DNA of 25,838 nucleotides from Dehalococcoidia bacterium (GCA_030612025.1 JAUWOR010000011.1:1-25838); one strand, 5' to 3'. Shown: positions 1 through 9,876, counted from the stretch's first letter. A program made the numbers and translations. Notes: generated by a model not told the origin, from the letters alone.

Positions 1-1386
1 GCTCAGTTAATTGCCTTTAATATCACAGAATACGCCTTGCCGGCAATTGCTGCAGGGGTTCTCCTGAAATTCTTTCTTGGTCGTCGGAAATGGATATATG
101 TGGGAGATGTCCTCCTGGGCTTTGGCCTGGTCTTTTTCGGCCTGGCTACCATGAAGGCGGGCTTCGCACCGTTAAAGGATAGTCCTGCTTTTATCTCATT
201 TTTTACCCGATTCAACGCAGACAGCCAGGGTGGCATCTTTCTGTGCGTCCTGGCAGGAAGTATTCTCACCATGATTCTTCAAAGTTCGAGCGCCACAGTG
301 GGAATTACCATGGCCCTTGCAATAGAGGGCCTCTTGGGTTTTGAGGCAAGCGTAGCGTTGATTCTCGGGGAGAATATTGGAACCACCATCACAGCGCAGT
401 TGGCCAGTATGGGGACAAATGTTAAGGCACACAGGACTGCAAATGCTCATACTCTTTTTAATGTTATTGGAGTTCTTTTAGTCATTTTGTTTTTTCCTCT
501 GTTTTTACAAGTGGTCGAATGGCTCACGAGTTCCTTTCTGGGTATTGGGCCTCCTGATCTTGTTGTCGGTGGAGAAAAACCCAATATTGCAAGGTATATC
601 GCCAATTCCCATACCATGTTTAATCTTGTCAGTGCTGTTTTTTTCCTCCTGCTTCTACCGTACTTAGTAAAGGCGACCATCTGGCTTACACCACACAAAA
701 AGGAGGAAGAAGAACTCGATGAGCTCCGCCACATCAAGTACCTGGATACCAAATTCGTTGATATGCCTTCGGCAGCCATAGGGCAGGCAAGGGCAGAGAT
801 TGTAAGAATGGGTGAGGCTGTTCAGGTGATGTATGACGACGTTATAAAGTCCTTCACAGAAAGGAAACCCAAAGAGCTATCCAAATGGAGAAAAAGGGAG
901 GACGACCTCGACAATCTTTTAAGGGAAATTACCCAGTTTCTCGTTCACGTGGTCCAGAAGCGTATCAGTCCGGAAGAGTCCAAAGAAATAACTTCCTTAA
1001 TGCGGATGGCCAACAACCTGGAGAGAATTGGCGACGCCATTGAAAATATCGCACAATTGAGCGAAGAGCTTATTGAAGAGGACCTAAATTTTTCTGAAGG
1101 AGCAGTACGCGATCATGGACTGATATCCACCGAGGTTCGGAGGTTTTTGGATGTTGTTGTTGAAGGCATCAGGACCGAGGACAAGGAAATTATGGCACTG
1201 GCCCAGGAATTGGAGGATAACATTGACCGCATGAGAGAAGAGATGAAAAGCAATCACATTATGCGCCTCCAAAGCGCTGCCTGCGCGGTCGATCCGGGAC
1301 TGGTTTTTGTAGATACGCTTACGGCCTTTGAAAAGATAGGAGACTTCTGTTACAACATCGCCCAGGCCGTTGCAGGATTGAAGTAA
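1..1386 (+). CDS. Na+/Pi cotransporter family protein with C-terminal PhoU domains (5'-partial)
   Basis: Frame is open from base 1 (AQLIAFNITEYALP...), so the TTG at 37 is not the true start. Has LQSSSAT and GENIGTTITA motifs, hydrophobic helices and a PhoU-like C-terminus (NLERIGD, FEKIGD). Confidence 0.92.
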   Translation, partial: AQLIAFNITEYALPAIAAGVLLKFFLGRRKWIYVGDVLLGFGLVFFGLATMKAGFAPLKDSPAFISFFTRFNADSQGGIFLCVLAGSILTMILQSSSATVGITMALAIEGLLGFEASVALILGENIGTTITAQLASMGTNVKAHRTANAHTLFNVIGVLLVILFFPLFLQVVEWLTSSFLGIGPPDLVVGGEKPNIARYIANSHTMFNLVSAVFFLLLLPYLVKATIWLTPHKKEEEELDELRHIKYLDTKFVDMPSAAIGQARAEIVRMGEAVQVMYDDVIKSFTERKPKELSKWRKREDDLDNLLREITQFLVHVVQKRISPEESKEITSLMRMANNLERIGDAIENIAQLSEELIEEDLNFSEGAVRDHGLISTEVRRFLDVVVEGIRTEDKEIMALAQELEDNIDRMREEMKSNHIMRLQSAACAVDPGLVFVDTLTAFEKIGDFCYNIAQAVAGLK

Positions 1387-1389
1387 TAA

Positions 1390-2079
1390 ATGGAACAACC
1401 AGTTACTAATGAAAGAACCCACTGTATCCGATGTGGCGAGTGCTGCCTCGGATCGAGCCCCACCTTGCAGATAGCGGATGTTTCCTTAGTATATGACGGG
1501 TTTATTGAGAGAGGGAATCTGTACACTATACGGCTGGGAGAGCTTGTCCGGGACAACATCCGTGGTGAGCTGAGAGTAACTGAAAAAGAGATCATTAAGA
1601 TAAAGGAAAAGGAAAAAAACCGGGGGTGTATCTATTACGATGAAAAGGCAAAGGCATGTACCATATATGAATACCGACCCATCCAGTGTAAAGCCCTTGC
1701 TTGCTGGGATGAGAATGAATTCATGCGGGTTTATGCCAGGCCTAAAGTGGACAGGAGGGACATCATCCGTGATAAAATCGTCCTGGGCCTCATGAACGAG
1801 CATGATAAGAGATGCAGCTATAGTGAGCTTGATAAGTGTGTAAGTCAGATCAAGAAAGAGGGGGAGGAGGCTGTTGGGAAAATCCTGGAAATATTAAGAT
1901 TTGATCATCATATCAGGGCGTTTACCTCAAAAAAGCTGGGCATCGATTTAAGTGAGATGGGATTTCTTTTTGGCAGACCCCTTACACAGACCATCACAAT
2001 GTTTGGGCTAAAGGTGATAAAAAGTTCTGACGGTTCATTTTTTCTGACTGTTTTAGATCCTCCCTCTACACCGTTATAG
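1390..2079 (+). CDS. YkgJ family cysteine-cluster (CxxCxxCC) protein
   Basis: CIRCGECC and CIYY...CTIYEYRPIQC motifs; starts 3 nt after the upstream stop. Confidence 0.85.
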   Translation: MEQPVTNERTHCIRCGECCLGSSPTLQIADVSLVYDGFIERGNLYTIRLGELVRDNIRGELRVTEKEIIKIKEKEKNRGCIYYDEKAKACTIYEYRPIQCKALACWDENEFMRVYARPKVDRRDIIRDKIVLGLMNEHDKRCSYSELDKCVSQIKKEGEEAVGKILEILRFDHHIRAFTSKKLGIDLSEMGFLFGRPLTQTITMFGLKVIKSSDGSFFLTVLDPPSTPL

Positions 2080-2143
2080 GCCCCAGCCCGGCGTAAAGGG
2101 GCACTGAAAAGTCCTTTGTGGGAGGCTGCAACTACCTTAGAAC

Positions 2144-2178
2144 AAAAAAAAGAGGACTGAAAACCAGCCCTCTTTTTT
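2144..2178 (-). terminator. Intrinsic terminator of fhs (possibly bidirectional)
   Basis: Minus strand GAGGGCTG-GTTTT-CAGTCCTC stem followed by a T-tract; A/T tracts on both sides; lies between convergent genes. Confidence 0.8.
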
Positions 2179-2193
2179 AGTTATACAATTTTA

Positions 2194-3957
2194 TCAGAAT
2201 AAACCACTAACCTTGCCAGTCGCAGTATCCACGTCCACCCTTCTGAAGGCGGGGTTGGAACTGGTTCCGGGCATCAGGCTGATGGTTCCGGCGCAGGGGC
2301 ACAGGAATTTGGCGCCTGAGTAAATCAACACGTCCTGGATAGGCAGTATCCAACCTTTTGGAACACCCTTGAGTCCCACGTCATGGGTGAGGCTCAGGTG
2401 GGTCTTCACCATCATGGTGGCATATTCATCATATTTGGGTTCGGACTCAAGCATCTTAGCCTTGGCTTCGGCATCAGGGGTCCACGACACGCCATCAGCT
2501 CCATAGACTGTTTTGGCAATCTTGTCTACCCGCTCCCGCAACTTCATTTCCATGGGGTAGAGGAATTTGAGTTCCTGCTCCTGTTGGCAGGCTTCTATAA
2601 CCGCATCGGCCAGCTCCAGGGCACCGTCGCCGCCATTGGCCCAGTGAGTGGACACGGCACAGCGTGCCCCTGCTGCCTCAGCCGCCTTTCGCACCATGGC
2701 GATTTCTTCCTTGGTGTCCGTAGGGAAGGCGTTAATGCACACCACCGGATTGATGCCTGCCATCCTGATGGTATTGATATGGTGTAGCATATTAGGAAGG
2801 CCCTTCTCCAAGAGTCCCAGATCCTCTTTGGAATAGGATTCGGGTAAAAGTAGACCGGCTACCACCTTTGGTCCACCGCCGTGCATCTTCAGCGCCCTGA
2901 TGGTGGTGGTGAGCACCGACACGTGTGGCTGGAGCCCACTCAAGCGGCACTTGACATTCCAGAATTTCTCAAAGCCGATGTCGGCGCCGAAGCCACTCTC
3001 AGTGACATGATAGTCGAACATTTTCAGGCCGAGGCGGTCGGCAATGATGGAGGACTGACCCACGGCGATGTTGGCAAAGGGGCCAGCATGCACCATGCAG
3101 GGCTGATACTCCACCGTGCAAGCTAGGGTGGGGTTAATGGTGTTGCGCATCCACGCAGTCATAGCGCCGCCCACTTCCAGGTCGCCAGTGGTAACTGGGT
3201 TGCCCTTCTTATCAAAGGCTACGGTAATGTTATCCATTCTTTGGCGTAGGTCTGCCAGATCCGTGACAATTGATAGCATAGCCATAAGCTCAGAACTCAC
3301 CGTGATGGCAAAGAAGGACTGCATAGCGTAGCCATCCATACGTCCGCCAAGGCCTATGGTAATATTACGGAGGCTCTGGGCGCAAAAATCCATTACCCAG
3401 CCCATCGCCACTCTGGTGGGGTCAATGTCTAAGCGGCGCATCTTGCTGCGCTTAGCCAGTGTCGCATCATCATAGTTGCGCTCATGTTGCATTCTGGCGG
3501 TAAGCGCCACCATAGCCAGGTTGTGAGAATTCGTTATGTCGTTGATGTCGCCGGTAAGCCCCATAGAGAATTCGGTCATGGGAATGAGCAGAGCATTGCC
3601 ACCGCCAGCAGCGGTTCCTTTGATATTCATGGTCGGACCACCCGAGGGCTGGCGTATACAGCCGCCGACATTTTTGCCTCGCTTGCCCAGACCCTCCAGG
3701 ATACCCATGGTGGTCGTCGTTTTTCCCTCACCCAGTGGTGTAGGAGTTATAGCGGTTACCTCAATATACTTCCCGTCTGGCTTGTCCTTGAGACGCTCGA
3801 TAATCTTCAGGAAATCGAGTCTGCATAGCCTCCCGTAAGGAATGGCCTCATCCTTTTGCAGGTTGAGTCTTTTCCGCCACTCGTCAGGGGTTGGCATGTT
3901 CTCTTCAGCTGCTTCTGCAATCTGCCAGTCCTTCATTTTTGTAGCATCGTAAGGCAT
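2194..3957 (-). CDS. fhs: Formate--tetrahydrofolate ligase
   Basis: [34 protein letters not shown] and [13 protein letters not shown] motifs; AAGGAGG RBS upstream. Confidence 0.97.
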   Translation of the reverse strand: MPYDATKMKDWQIAEAAEENMPTPDEWRKRLNLQKDEAIPYGRLCRLDFLKIIERLKDKPDGKYIEVTAITPTPLGEGKTTTTMGILEGLGKRGKNVGGCIRQPSGGPTMNIKGTAAGGGNALLIPMTEFSMGLTGDINDITNSHNLAMVALTARMQHERNYDDATLAKRSKMRRLDIDPTRVAMGWVMDFCAQSLRNITIGLGGRMDGYAMQSFFAITVSSELMAMLSIVTDLADLRQRMDNITVAFDKKGNPVTTGDLEVGGAMTAWMRNTINPTLACTVEYQPCMVHAGPFANIAVGQSSIIADRLGLKMFDYHVTESGFGADIGFEKFWNVKCRLSGLQPHVSVLTTTIRALKMHGGGPKVVAGLLLPESYSKEDLGLLEKGLPNMLHHINTIRMAGINPVVCINAFPTDTKEEIAMVRKAAEAAGARCAVSTHWANGGDGALELADAVIEACQQEQELKFLYPMEMKLRERVDKIAKTVYGADGVSWTPDAEAKAKMLESEPKYDEYATMMVKTHLSLTHDVGLKGVPKGWILPIQDVLIYSGAKFLCPCAGTISLMPGTSSNPAFRRVDVDTATGKVSGLF

Positions 3958-4068
3958 TAGTAACCTCCTTGTTGAATTTTGATTAATATTTTTGGCTGTG
4001 TAGCTTTAATTAAAGCCAAATTTGTACTCGTTCAGTATCTTAGTGACACGTCACCTCCTTTCCCTGTT

Positions 4069-4188
4069 GAAGCTGTCTAATTTCGTCTCAGATTGAAAAC
4101 TAGATTTGCCTCGTCCGGATTCTCGTAGTGCGACCCTTTAGGGTCGTGCACGAGTCCGAAGCCTCGCACTACATTTCTAAACACTCTC
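4069..4188 (-). mobile_element. MITE-like element carrying a GTAG REP doublet (copy 1)
   Basis: Minus strand reads GAGAGTGTTTAGAAATGTAG...CTAC...AAATTAGACAGCTTC, the same layout as 11107-11240. Core 4125-4172 has a 9-bp IR GTAGTGCGA/TCGCACTAC with two internal hairpins. Confidence 0.65.
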
Positions 4189-4190
4189 AT

Positions 4191-4973
4191 TTACGCTGTC
4201 CTATATAGTGTTGGTTCAATAATTCGAGCAACAATGTCCTCTACCTCGCGCATGACCCTTTGACTCGAATTGACCAGAGGAAAACCGGCAAGGTCGGCTT
4301 CTACTATGGCTTGGTCGTAGGGGATAAAGCCGAGGAATTCGAAGCCTGGCATGCTGGAAATGAGGGCATCTTTGTCTTTCTCGCTTCGAATCTTGTTACC
4401 TACTACGCCAATATTTTGTAAACCTATATCCTTTGCCAGCTCTCTTATCCTGTAAGCTGTTTCCACACTTCTTCTACTTGGCTCTACTACTGTAATTAGC
4501 TTATCTACTGCTTTGGCCGTCCCTCGTCCTAGATGTTCTACTCCAGCTTCCATATCCATGATGACAACTTCATCCCTTTCCAAAAGCAAGTGGGTAACTA
4601 AGGCTTGTAATAAGGCATTTTCGGGGCAATAGCAGCCACTGCCACCCTTTTTTAACCGACCCATTACCATTAATTTTACCCCGTTATGTTCTACACAATA
4701 CTTCTCCGGGAGGTCATTGACCTTAGGATTTAACTTAAAAAAGGTTGCCACCTCGCCAGGACGCACCCCTGTCCTTTCTTCAATTAGATCAGCCATCTCA
4801 GATATAGGTATTATCCTTTCAGAATTAGGAAAGCCAAGAGTAGCTGCCAAGTTGGCATTTGGATCGGCATCTATCGCCAGGACAGAATAACTAGACTGGG
4901 CAAATATAGTAGAAAGGAGGGACACTAACATTGTCTTACCTGCCCCTCCTTTGCCGCTAATAGCGATTTTCAT
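4191..4973 (-). CDS. cooC: CO dehydrogenase/acetyl-CoA synthase nickel-insertion ATPase (CooC/AcsF family)
   Basis: MKIAISGKGGAGKT deviant Walker A, IDADP, GSGCYCPEN (CxC metal site) and DMEAGVEHLGRGTA. Confidence 0.93.
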   Translation of the reverse strand: MKIAISGKGGAGKTMLVSLLSTIFAQSSYSVLAIDADPNANLAATLGFPNSERIIPISEMADLIEERTGVRPGEVATFFKLNPKVNDLPEKYCVEHNGVKLMVMGRLKKGGSGCYCPENALLQALVTHLLLERDEVVIMDMEAGVEHLGRGTAKAVDKLITVVEPSRRSVETAYRIRELAKDIGLQNIGVVGNKIRSEKDKDALISSMPGFEFLGFIPYDQAIVEADLAGFPLVNSSQRVMREVEDIVARIIEPTLYRTA

Positions 4974-4987
4974 ATTGCAAACGTTAC

Positions 4988-5017
4988 ATTATATCTTCCA
5001 TTTTTATGGGAAGTCAA
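4988..5017 (-). promoter_or_regulatory. sigma70-type promoter for cooC
   Basis: TTGACT (5017-5012), 18-nt spacer, TATAAT (4993-4988), 14 nt before the ATG. Confidence 0.65.
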
Positions 5018-5053
5018 GGAGTTTCAGCGGGAAAAATTTAATTTTTTTCAGCT

Positions 5054-5206
5054 TTAGCTGCTGGCTTGCCTTTCTGTCGCTGTCACTGTATTGACCAGGA
5101 GTATAGTGACCAGCATTGGCCCTACCCCTCCCGGAACTGGTGTTAGCGCCTCGGTTTTTCCCTTTACCGCTTCAAAGTCCACATCGCCAATCATCTTTCT
5201 TTTCAT
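5054..5206 (-). pseudogene. Second, diverged copy of the FolD C-terminus (50-aa mini-ORF or gene remnant)
   Basis: Manual translation [50 protein letters not shown]. 28/41 aa are identical to the adjacent FolD C-terminus. Its ATG overlaps the folD TGA (ATGA). Confidence 0.85.
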
Positions 5207-6096
5207 TCCGCTGTTATCCCAGTCTGGACTTCAGCAGCCATTATTGTGTTCCACATGAGCATGGTGACTGTCATCGGACCAACTCCACCGGGAACAGGGG
5301 TAATAGCCTCAACCTTTTCCTTTAAAGCCTCGAAATCGGTATCCCCCACCAGCCTAAAGCCAGATTTTGTGGTCGGGTCTTCAATACGGTTGACTCCTAC
5401 GTCTACCACCACCGCTCCCTCTTTCACCATATCCGCCTTGATGAATTTAGGAGACCCCATGGCAGCTACCAGGATGTCAGCACTCCGGGTTATTTCGTGC
5501 AGATTCTTCGTCCCGGTATGGCACACGGTGACGGTGGCATTAGCTCCTGTCTTCTTCTGAATTAGGATGGCAAAGAGAGGCTTGCCGTTAAGGTTGCTTC
5601 TCCCACAGATGACCACGTGCTTCCCCTCCGGACTATAACCACTGCGGATGAGGATCTGCTGCACCCCGTGGGGGGTACAGGGCAAAAGGTAGGGCTTTCC
5701 AATGAGGAGTTTACCCACATTGATCGGATGGAAACAATCGGCATCCTTTATGGGATCAATGGCGTTTATCACCCGGGCCTGATTGATGTGCCTGGGCAAG
5801 GGGAGCTGGACTAAAATCCCGTGAAATTTGGGGTCTTTGTTGAGTTCAGCTATTTTGGCCAAGAGCACCTCCTCCGAGGTATCCCCGGGGAACACAAGCG
5901 TCTCCGAATAAATGCCCACCTCCTCGCTGGTCTTTCCCTTTTGCTTCATGTAGGACACCGACGCCGGGTCCTCTCCTACTCGTACCATGGCTAACCCAGG
6001 GGTAAGCCCTTTTGCCTTAAGTTTTTCCACTTTCTCCTTTAACTCTCTTCTCACCTCGGCTGAGATTTCTCTTCCCGATAGAATTTTTGCTGGCAT
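5203..6096 (-). CDS. folD: Bifunctional methylene-THF dehydrogenase/methenyl-THF cyclohydrolase
   Basis: [24 protein letters not shown] and [12 protein letters not shown] motifs; GGAGAGG RBS. Confidence 0.97.
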   Translation of the reverse strand: MPAKILSGREISAEVRRELKEKVEKLKAKGLTPGLAMVRVGEDPASVSYMKQKGKTSEEVGIYSETLVFPGDTSEEVLLAKIAELNKDPKFHGILVQLPLPRHINQARVINAIDPIKDADCFHPINVGKLLIGKPYLLPCTPHGVQQILIRSGYSPEGKHVVICGRSNLNGKPLFAILIQKKTGANATVTVCHTGTKNLHEITRSADILVAAMGSPKFIKADMVKEGAVVVDVGVNRIEDPTTKSGFRLVGDTDFEALKEKVEAITPVPGGVGPMTVTMLMWNTIMAAEVQTGITAE

Positions 6097-6180
6097 TTCT
6101 ACCTCCTTCGTTTTAATTGCTTACTTGTGGCTAACAAGACAATCCAATTCTACATTTCTATCTCCACCAAAATCAAGCCT

Positions 6181-9100
6181 TCAGCACTTGTTTATCTGTG
6201 TTCCTATCTCTTGAGTAACCGCTCCTAGCACTTCCGGCCATTTATCCCCAAGACGTTTAGTATCTAATCTCATCTGTCTGGTGCTGACCTCGATGGCATC
6301 TTTGTATTCTTGCCAGGAAGGTAGATTAGTCAACGTTTTCCCGTCAGCCAGGTTTAATACCACTTGTTTTCCTCGAGTATAGATAGATTCTACTCCCACC
6401 TTAGCTGCCAGTATTTTTATTTCTATTATATAAAGCAAGTTTTCCACTGGCTGTGGCAGGTCACCGAATCTATCTTTGAGTTCTTGTGTCATATCTTCTA
6501 TTTCCTCGGTACGCTCTATCTTTGCTAGCCGGTGGTAGAGACTTAAGCGAGTGCTTAGATTTGGAACATACTCTTCAGGTATATAGGCAGTTAGTGGTAG
6601 GGCTATGCTGGGGGAAGGCAACTTGGCTTCCTTTGGCTTAACTTCTCCAGCTTGCTTTGCTTTTAATTCATCAACCGCCTCAGCTAGCAATTGGCAATAG
6701 AGGTCGAAACCTATGGCGGCTATATGACCACTTTGTTTAACACCCAGAAGGTTTCCCGCCCCCCGAATCTCCAGGTCTTTCATAGCTATGCCGAATCCAG
6801 CACCAAGCTCTGTAGCCTCGAAGATGGTCCTGAGCCGCTTATAAGCTTGAGGAGTCAGTTGCTTAGCTTTATCAAAGAGGAAATAAGCATGAGCTTGGTT
6901 GGTGCCACGGCCTACCCTGCCTCTTAGCTGATAAAGTTGGGTTAAGCCGAATTTATCAGCTTGGTCGACAATTAACGTGTTAACATTGGGCATATCCAAA
7001 CCCAACTGAATGATGGTAGTGGTGACCAAGATATCGTAGTTACCAGCGATGAAATCTGCCATTACCCTTTCCAATTTCTCCTCGGGCATTTGTCCATGAG
7101 CTATGGTTATTTTCGCTTCAGGCACCAGGGTTTGTAATTTGCTGGCAACCAAGGCAATGCTCTGAACTCGATTATGAACAAAGAAAACCTGACCATTTCT
7201 CTCTAACTCGCGCAGTATTGCCTGCCGCACTAAAGTATCATCATAGGTGCCAACGTAGGTCTTAATAGATAGACGTTCCTCAGGTGGTGTTTCCATAAGG
7301 CTCATATCCCTGATCCCGGTCAAAGACATGTGAAGGGTGCGTGGAATGGGGGTAGCACTCAGGGTAAGAACGTCCACCTCTTTTCTCATTTGCTTAAGCT
7401 TTTCTTTTTGCACCACGCCGAATCGCTGTTCCTCGTCAATTATCACCAGTCCTATGTCTTTAAAGGCGACATCCTTCTGCAACAAGCGGTGAGTGCCAAG
7501 GCATATATCAACAGTGCCATTAGCCAAGCCTACAAGTATTTTCCTTTCCTTTTCCGAGGAGCAAAAGCGGCTTAACATTTCTATTCTTAAAGGGAAAGCT
7601 TGCAATCTTTGGCTAAAGGTAGTGAAATGTTGCTGAGCTAGCACGGTGGTGGGGACCAGTATAGCCACCTGTTTATTATCCATCACCGTCTTAAAGGCAG
7701 CACGTAGAGCCACCTCAGTTTTACCATATCCCACATCTCCGCAGATAAGCCGATCCATTGGCTTAGTTTTTTCCATATCCTCTTTGGTAGCCACTACTGC
7801 CTCAGCCTGGTCTGGTGTTTCCAGGTAAGGGAATGAGGCTTCCAGTTCTTGTTGCCATAATGTGTCAGGAGAGAAGGCAAAGCCAGGTGTTATCTCTCTA
7901 GTGGCATAAAGGGCGAGCAGCCCTTGAGCAATATCAGCCACTGATTCTTCCACCCTTCTCTTTGTTCTCTGCCATTCCTGAGTCCCCAGCCGGCTCAGGG
8001 TTGGTGGTTGGTCACTGGCGCCGATATAGCGGCTGACACGCCCGATCTGCTCGGTAGGCACATAGAGCTTATCACCGGCAGCATATTGCAAAACAAGATA
8101 TTCCCGTTCAGTCCCCTCAGTGGATATTTTGGTTAAACCGCTAAATTTGCCGATGCCGTGGTCAACATGGACTACGTAATCACCGGGACTTAGCTGTGGG
8201 AGAAGCCAGCTAGCGCGTATGGGAGTCTTTCTACTCAGGCGTCTTTGTTTTACAAAGCCAAAGAGCTCAGCATCGGTAATCAGGTTTAGCTCTTCGTCCA
8301 TCACCCAGCCTTTAGCTAGCGAACCTTGAAGCAAGGTGATTGAACTACGAGGTGACACCTGCTCTATTTTTGAAGTGGGAGAAGTATGGACGTCTCTCTC
8401 CCGAAGAAGCTCAGCTAAACGATTTGCCTGATGGCTAACTATGATCAGGCGTTGTTTTTCTCGAATCATCTGCTTAGCTGCCTTGAGAAACCTTTCCAAA
8501 TTGCCTCCGTAGCTTTGAGGCAAGGTAAAAGGCAGGGCTTGTATATAATTCCCAGTAGCCGGGGCCAAAGTAGCATCCCAGGGTTCTAGGATTAAATGTT
8601 GCTTTGCCTTCACCTTCAATTGTAATTCCCCCCAAGTAAGATAGGGAGAAGGAAAGCCTTGGGGCAGCTCACCATTTTGCCATTTTACCCTTCTTAGTTC
8701 TTGAGTCTCCTTGTTTAACCTTTCAATGATAGCTTGGATTTCCTCAGGAGCATCGAGGATGATGAGGGCAGTATCGCCTAGGTAATCAACGATGCTTTCA
8801 CTATTGAACAAAGGGAAATAGAACTCAGCACCTGAGAACCATTGCCCTTGCTGTAGTCTTGCTATATCTTCTTTGAAGCGCTGTTTCATCTCAGCAGTGC
8901 AGCTATCTAAATTTAAGGCATTGGTTATTTGCTTTGCTCGGGATATAAGGACTTCTTTGGCTGGAGTAATGGTTAGCGAGGATATTGGTTTGGTTGAGCA
9001 TTGGTTCTCGGGGTTGAATAGCCGCATGCTCTCTACTTGGTTACCCCAAAACTCTATTCGAGCTGGTGATTGGCTGCAAACGGGGAAAATATCAATGATG

Positions 9101-9858
9101 CCACCCCGGCGGCTTAGCTGTCCGGGCACTTCAACCACATCCTCCATTTCATAGCCCATATTTTGCCACCTGCGTAGCAGCTCCAGTGGCTCAGCAGTCA
9201 TGCCTTGCTGTAGCACATGACAGGAAGTGGCGAAATCCTCCCGGGGGATAGTTTTGCTTATCACTGCCAGGGCGGAAGCTATTATCAAAGGAGGACGTTC
9301 AACTGTCACCCCTGCTCCTGACCCCTTCACTTTTTTGTCATTCTGAGGGAGCACTTTGGTTTCGCTCAGTGTAAACTCCGCGACCGAAGAATCTCGCTCA
9401 GGGTAAACTTTATGAGGGGAAGAGTCTCCAGATTCTTCGTGGGGCCTGTCCTGAGCGTAATGAGATTGCTTCACTTCACTCGCAATGACAGGGGAAGCAA
9501 GAGGCTCATAAAAGGCTAAAGTGGCTAATGCTTGTAATCTTTCCACCATCGTATTGCTGGGATAAGAAACAAAATACTCATAAGGCGAGAAATCGAGTTC
9601 GGGGAACCCGTGCAAATTAGCTGAAGGCGGACACCAAGCTTGAAGTTGCTCCTGGAGCCTTTTAGCGCCTTCGGGCTGAGCAGTTATTACCATCAGAGAC
9701 CGGTTAAGCTCTTCATAGAGGGCAGCTACGAGATAAGGCTCGGCGGCATCAAGCACTATTACCTTATGCTCGTCTTTAGTAGTAAGTAGCCCCTCAACCA
9801 ATTGCCTATAGACGGGCACTTCTTTAAGTAAAGAAAGCAAGCAAGAAAGATTCATCAC
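6181..9858 (-). CDS. mfd: Transcription-repair coupling factor, with an in-frame insertion of about 62 aa near the N-terminus
   Basis: RGGIIDIF, CarD/RID domain (GDYVVHVDHGIG), MDRLICGDVGYGKTEVA, DEEQRFG, QLRGRVGR and a TRCF C-terminal domain. Confidence 0.97.
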   Translation of the reverse strand: MMNLSCLLSLLKEVPVYRQLVEGLLTTKDEHKVIVLDAAEPYLVAALYEELNRSLMVITAQPEGAKRLQEQLQAWCPPSANLHGFPELDFSPYEYFVSYPSNTMVERLQALATLAFYEPLASPVIASEVKQSHYAQDRPHEESGDSSPHKVYPERDSSVAEFTLSETKVLPQNDKKVKGSGAGVTVERPPLIIASALAVISKTIPREDFATSCHVLQQGMTAEPLELLRRWQNMGYEMEDVVEVPGQLSRRGGIIDIFPVCSQSPARIEFWGNQVESMRLFNPENQCSTKPISSLTITPAKEVLISRAKQITNALNLDSCTAEMKQRFKEDIARLQQGQWFSGAEFYFPLFNSESIVDYLGDTALIILDAPEEIQAIIERLNKETQELRRVKWQNGELPQGFPSPYLTWGELQLKVKAKQHLILEPWDATLAPATGNYIQALPFTLPQSYGGNLERFLKAAKQMIREKQRLIIVSHQANRLAELLRERDVHTSPTSKIEQVSPRSSITLLQGSLAKGWVMDEELNLITDAELFGFVKQRRLSRKTPIRASWLLPQLSPGDYVVHVDHGIGKFSGLTKISTEGTEREYLVLQYAAGDKLYVPTEQIGRVSRYIGASDQPPTLSRLGTQEWQRTKRRVEESVADIAQGLLALYATREITPGFAFSPDTLWQQELEASFPYLETPDQAEAVVATKEDMEKTKPMDRLICGDVGYGKTEVALRAAFKTVMDNKQVAILVPTTVLAQQHFTTFSQRLQAFPLRIEMLSRFCSSEKERKILVGLANGTVDICLGTHRLLQKDVAFKDIGLVIIDEEQRFGVVQKEKLKQMRKEVDVLTLSATPIPRTLHMSLTGIRDMSLMETPPEERLSIKTYVGTYDDTLVRQAILRELERNGQVFFVHNRVQSIALVASKLQTLVPEAKITIAHGQMPEEKLERVMADFIAGNYDILVTTTIIQLGLDMPNVNTLIVDQADKFGLTQLYQLRGRVGRGTNQAHAYFLFDKAKQLTPQAYKRLRTIFEATELGAGFGIAMKDLEIRGAGNLLGVKQSGHIAAIGFDLYCQLLAEAVDELKAKQAGEVKPKEAKLPSPSIALPLTAYIPEEYVPNLSTRLSLYHRLAKIERTEEIEDMTQELKDRFGDLPQPVENLLYIIEIKILAAKVGVESIYTRGKQVVLNLADGKTLTNLPSWQEYKDAIEVSTRQMRLDTKRLGDKWPEVLGAVTQEIGTQINKC
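9304..9490. repeat. Nested palindromic elements (TGTCATT family) inserted in frame in mfd
   Basis: TGTCATTCTGAG (9336-9347)/CTCGCAATGACA (9479-9490); CGAAGAATCT (9385-9394)/AGATTCTTCG (9430-9439); CGCTCAG(T/G)GTAAACT twice; TGTCACCC at 9304. These match the intergenic elements at 9877 and 17286. Confidence 0.85.
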
Positions 9859-9864
9859 TAAATA

Positions 9865-9873
9865 ATTTTAGCA
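9865..9873 (-). promoter_or_regulatory. Extended -10 for mfd (probable leaderless transcript)
   Basis: TGcTAAAAT lies 6 nt before the GTG-ATG start; no SD. Confidence 0.5.
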
Positions 9874-9876
9874 TAA

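Noticed and set aside
3958-4190. THF or ZTP riboswitch upstream of fhs
   Set aside because: I could not recognise consensus motifs. The structured part is accounted for by the MITE/REP element.
9304-9490. Intein or intron in mfd
   Set aside because: There is no Cys/Ser...His-Asn intein terminus and no group I/II intron ends. The segment is explained by palindromic repeats.
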